From Octopus sinensis (Eukaryota): a DNA stretch of 64,000 bases. The position numbers and the translations under genes are program-made. The stretch is from assembly GCF_006345805.1 (NCBI RefSeq), contig NC_043021.1, positions 28,768,001 through 28,832,000 of the forward strand, read 5' to 3'. A model generated the notes under the pieces. It did no database searches, was not told the origin of the DNA, and worked only from the letters and a program-made list of their open reading frames with translations. Below, one piece after another: positions 62,840 to 64,000 of the stretch (positions are counted from its first letter, which is position 1; the number at the start of each line of letters is the position of its first letter).

Positions 62840-62905
<66 letters not shown>

Positions 62906-62952
62906 CACATATATATATATATGTATACATATATATATATGTATATGTATAC

Positions 62953-62984
<32 letters not shown>

Positions 62985-63067
62985 GTATACATATATATAT
63001 ATATATGTATACATATATATATATATGTGTATATATATATATATATATGTATGTATATATATATATG

Positions 63068-63119
<52 letters not shown>

Positions 63120-63286
63120 TTATATAGATATATGTATATATATATGTATACATATATATATTGTATACATATATATATATGTATACATATATATATATAT
63201 ATATGTATACATATATATATATATATACATATATATACATATATATACATATATAATATATGTATACATATATATATATATATATA
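61993..63286. repeat. ~1.3-kb interrupted (TA)n / TATATGTATACA microsatellite
   Basis: Direct reading. Explains all the YIYI ORFs here. Confidence 0.95.
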
Positions 63287-64000
63287 GTCGTAAAAGAATT
63301 ATTGATAACAAACATAACTTACGCACCGATACAAAGCGAATGAAGGCAGATAACCCTTATTTATTCCCCTATTACCGATCTAAAAGTAAATATAACACCT
63401 TCAAAAGTAATTACGCTATGAATACTAGTAAAAAATATTGGTTAATAATTCCTTACGGGAGACAAATTAAATCTATCTCCCACTGCTGTTTCGTCAAGCT
63501 ATTGCTAGGAATTTTCCAAATAATTCTAGATATACTCTATAATTAATTCACATAAGGTTAGGATAGGTTTTCAAACACAAAAAATCTCTTGCAAATTATA
63601 TCTTCTCATAATAACAAACTGTTAAATATTAATACATTTACTAATACTAACATTAATTTAGCTACTACCATCCAACCCTCTAGAAATATTAATAACAAGG
63701 TTATTGTATCTGAAGTCAATCCAATAGAATTAAATTTATGTCAAGTAACTCTAAGATTAAAAATTCTATATACCAGTGTATAATCAGTACTCGTAATAAA
63801 GTACGATTTTACATTGGAAGCACATCGTTAGAGTTATCTAAGAGAATTTCTATCCATTACTCAACATTTAGAGATAGAAATAAACGGAATAGTACCGGTC
63901 TCAGCAAACTGATTTGGAATTTAAAAGACCACAATGAACAATTTCATTTGGAATGGTTGATCCTCTCAATTTCGATACCATATGACAAAGGCAAGAGAAA
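63287..64000 (+). mobile_element. Decayed Penelope-like element: RT-EN linker and GIY-YIG endonuclease, 5'-truncated at (TA)n, runs off the window
   Basis: Frameshifted peptides RNFPNNS, QIISSHNNKLL, SIYQCII and, in one frame from 63809, YIGSTSLELSKRISIHYSTFRDRNKRNSTGLSKLIWNLKDHNEQFHLEWLILSISIPYDKGKR, which fits the PLE GIY-YIG pattern. Confidence 0.8.

Noticed and set aside
57265-63546. [12 protein letters not shown]-rich ORFs here and at 255-563, 2426-4262, 12863-13305 and 53629-53940
   Set aside because: Translations of dinucleotide and tetranucleotide microsatellites.

Overview
Eukaryotic (animal) repeat-dominated DNA with no supportable host gene, rRNA, tRNA gene or CRISPR array. The SINE, Penelope and microsatellite complement resembles what I recall of octopus genomes, but this is an inference, not a lookup. 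Layout: (1) 1-13.7 kb is a patchwork of two tail-to-tail L1/Tx1-type LINE ends in a GATA microsatellite, several tRNA-derived SINEs, a decayed mariner, and a hAT (Buster/Charlie-type) element with a non-autonomous Helitron inserted cleanly in its transposase. (2) 13.7-20.6 kb is a 29-bp pyrimidine-rich tandem array that explains all the giant 'ORFs' there. (3) A 100-N scaffold gap follows. (4) 20.7-47.4 kb is an AT-rich ~141-bp satellite rich in dyad symmetry with kb-scale higher-order duplications. (5) 47.4-53.9 kb is a recent ~3.95-kb duplication built from a G-rich 15-bp minisatellite and a LINE-ORF1-like fragment. (6) 53.9-64 kb is a chain of retroelements separated by (TA)n tracts: a CR1/L2-group LINE with an intact 1001-aa APE-RT ORF2, ~432-bp direct repeats, a fold-back element, and a decayed Penelope-like GIY-YIG fragment. 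Highlights found by reading the sequence: three type I hammerhead ribozyme motifs (two capping the ends of the fold-back element, one antisense just upstream of the LINE ORF2), and a LINE/SINE shared 3' tail whose stem-loop is kept by compensatory substitutions. All coordinates and identities were counted by eye.
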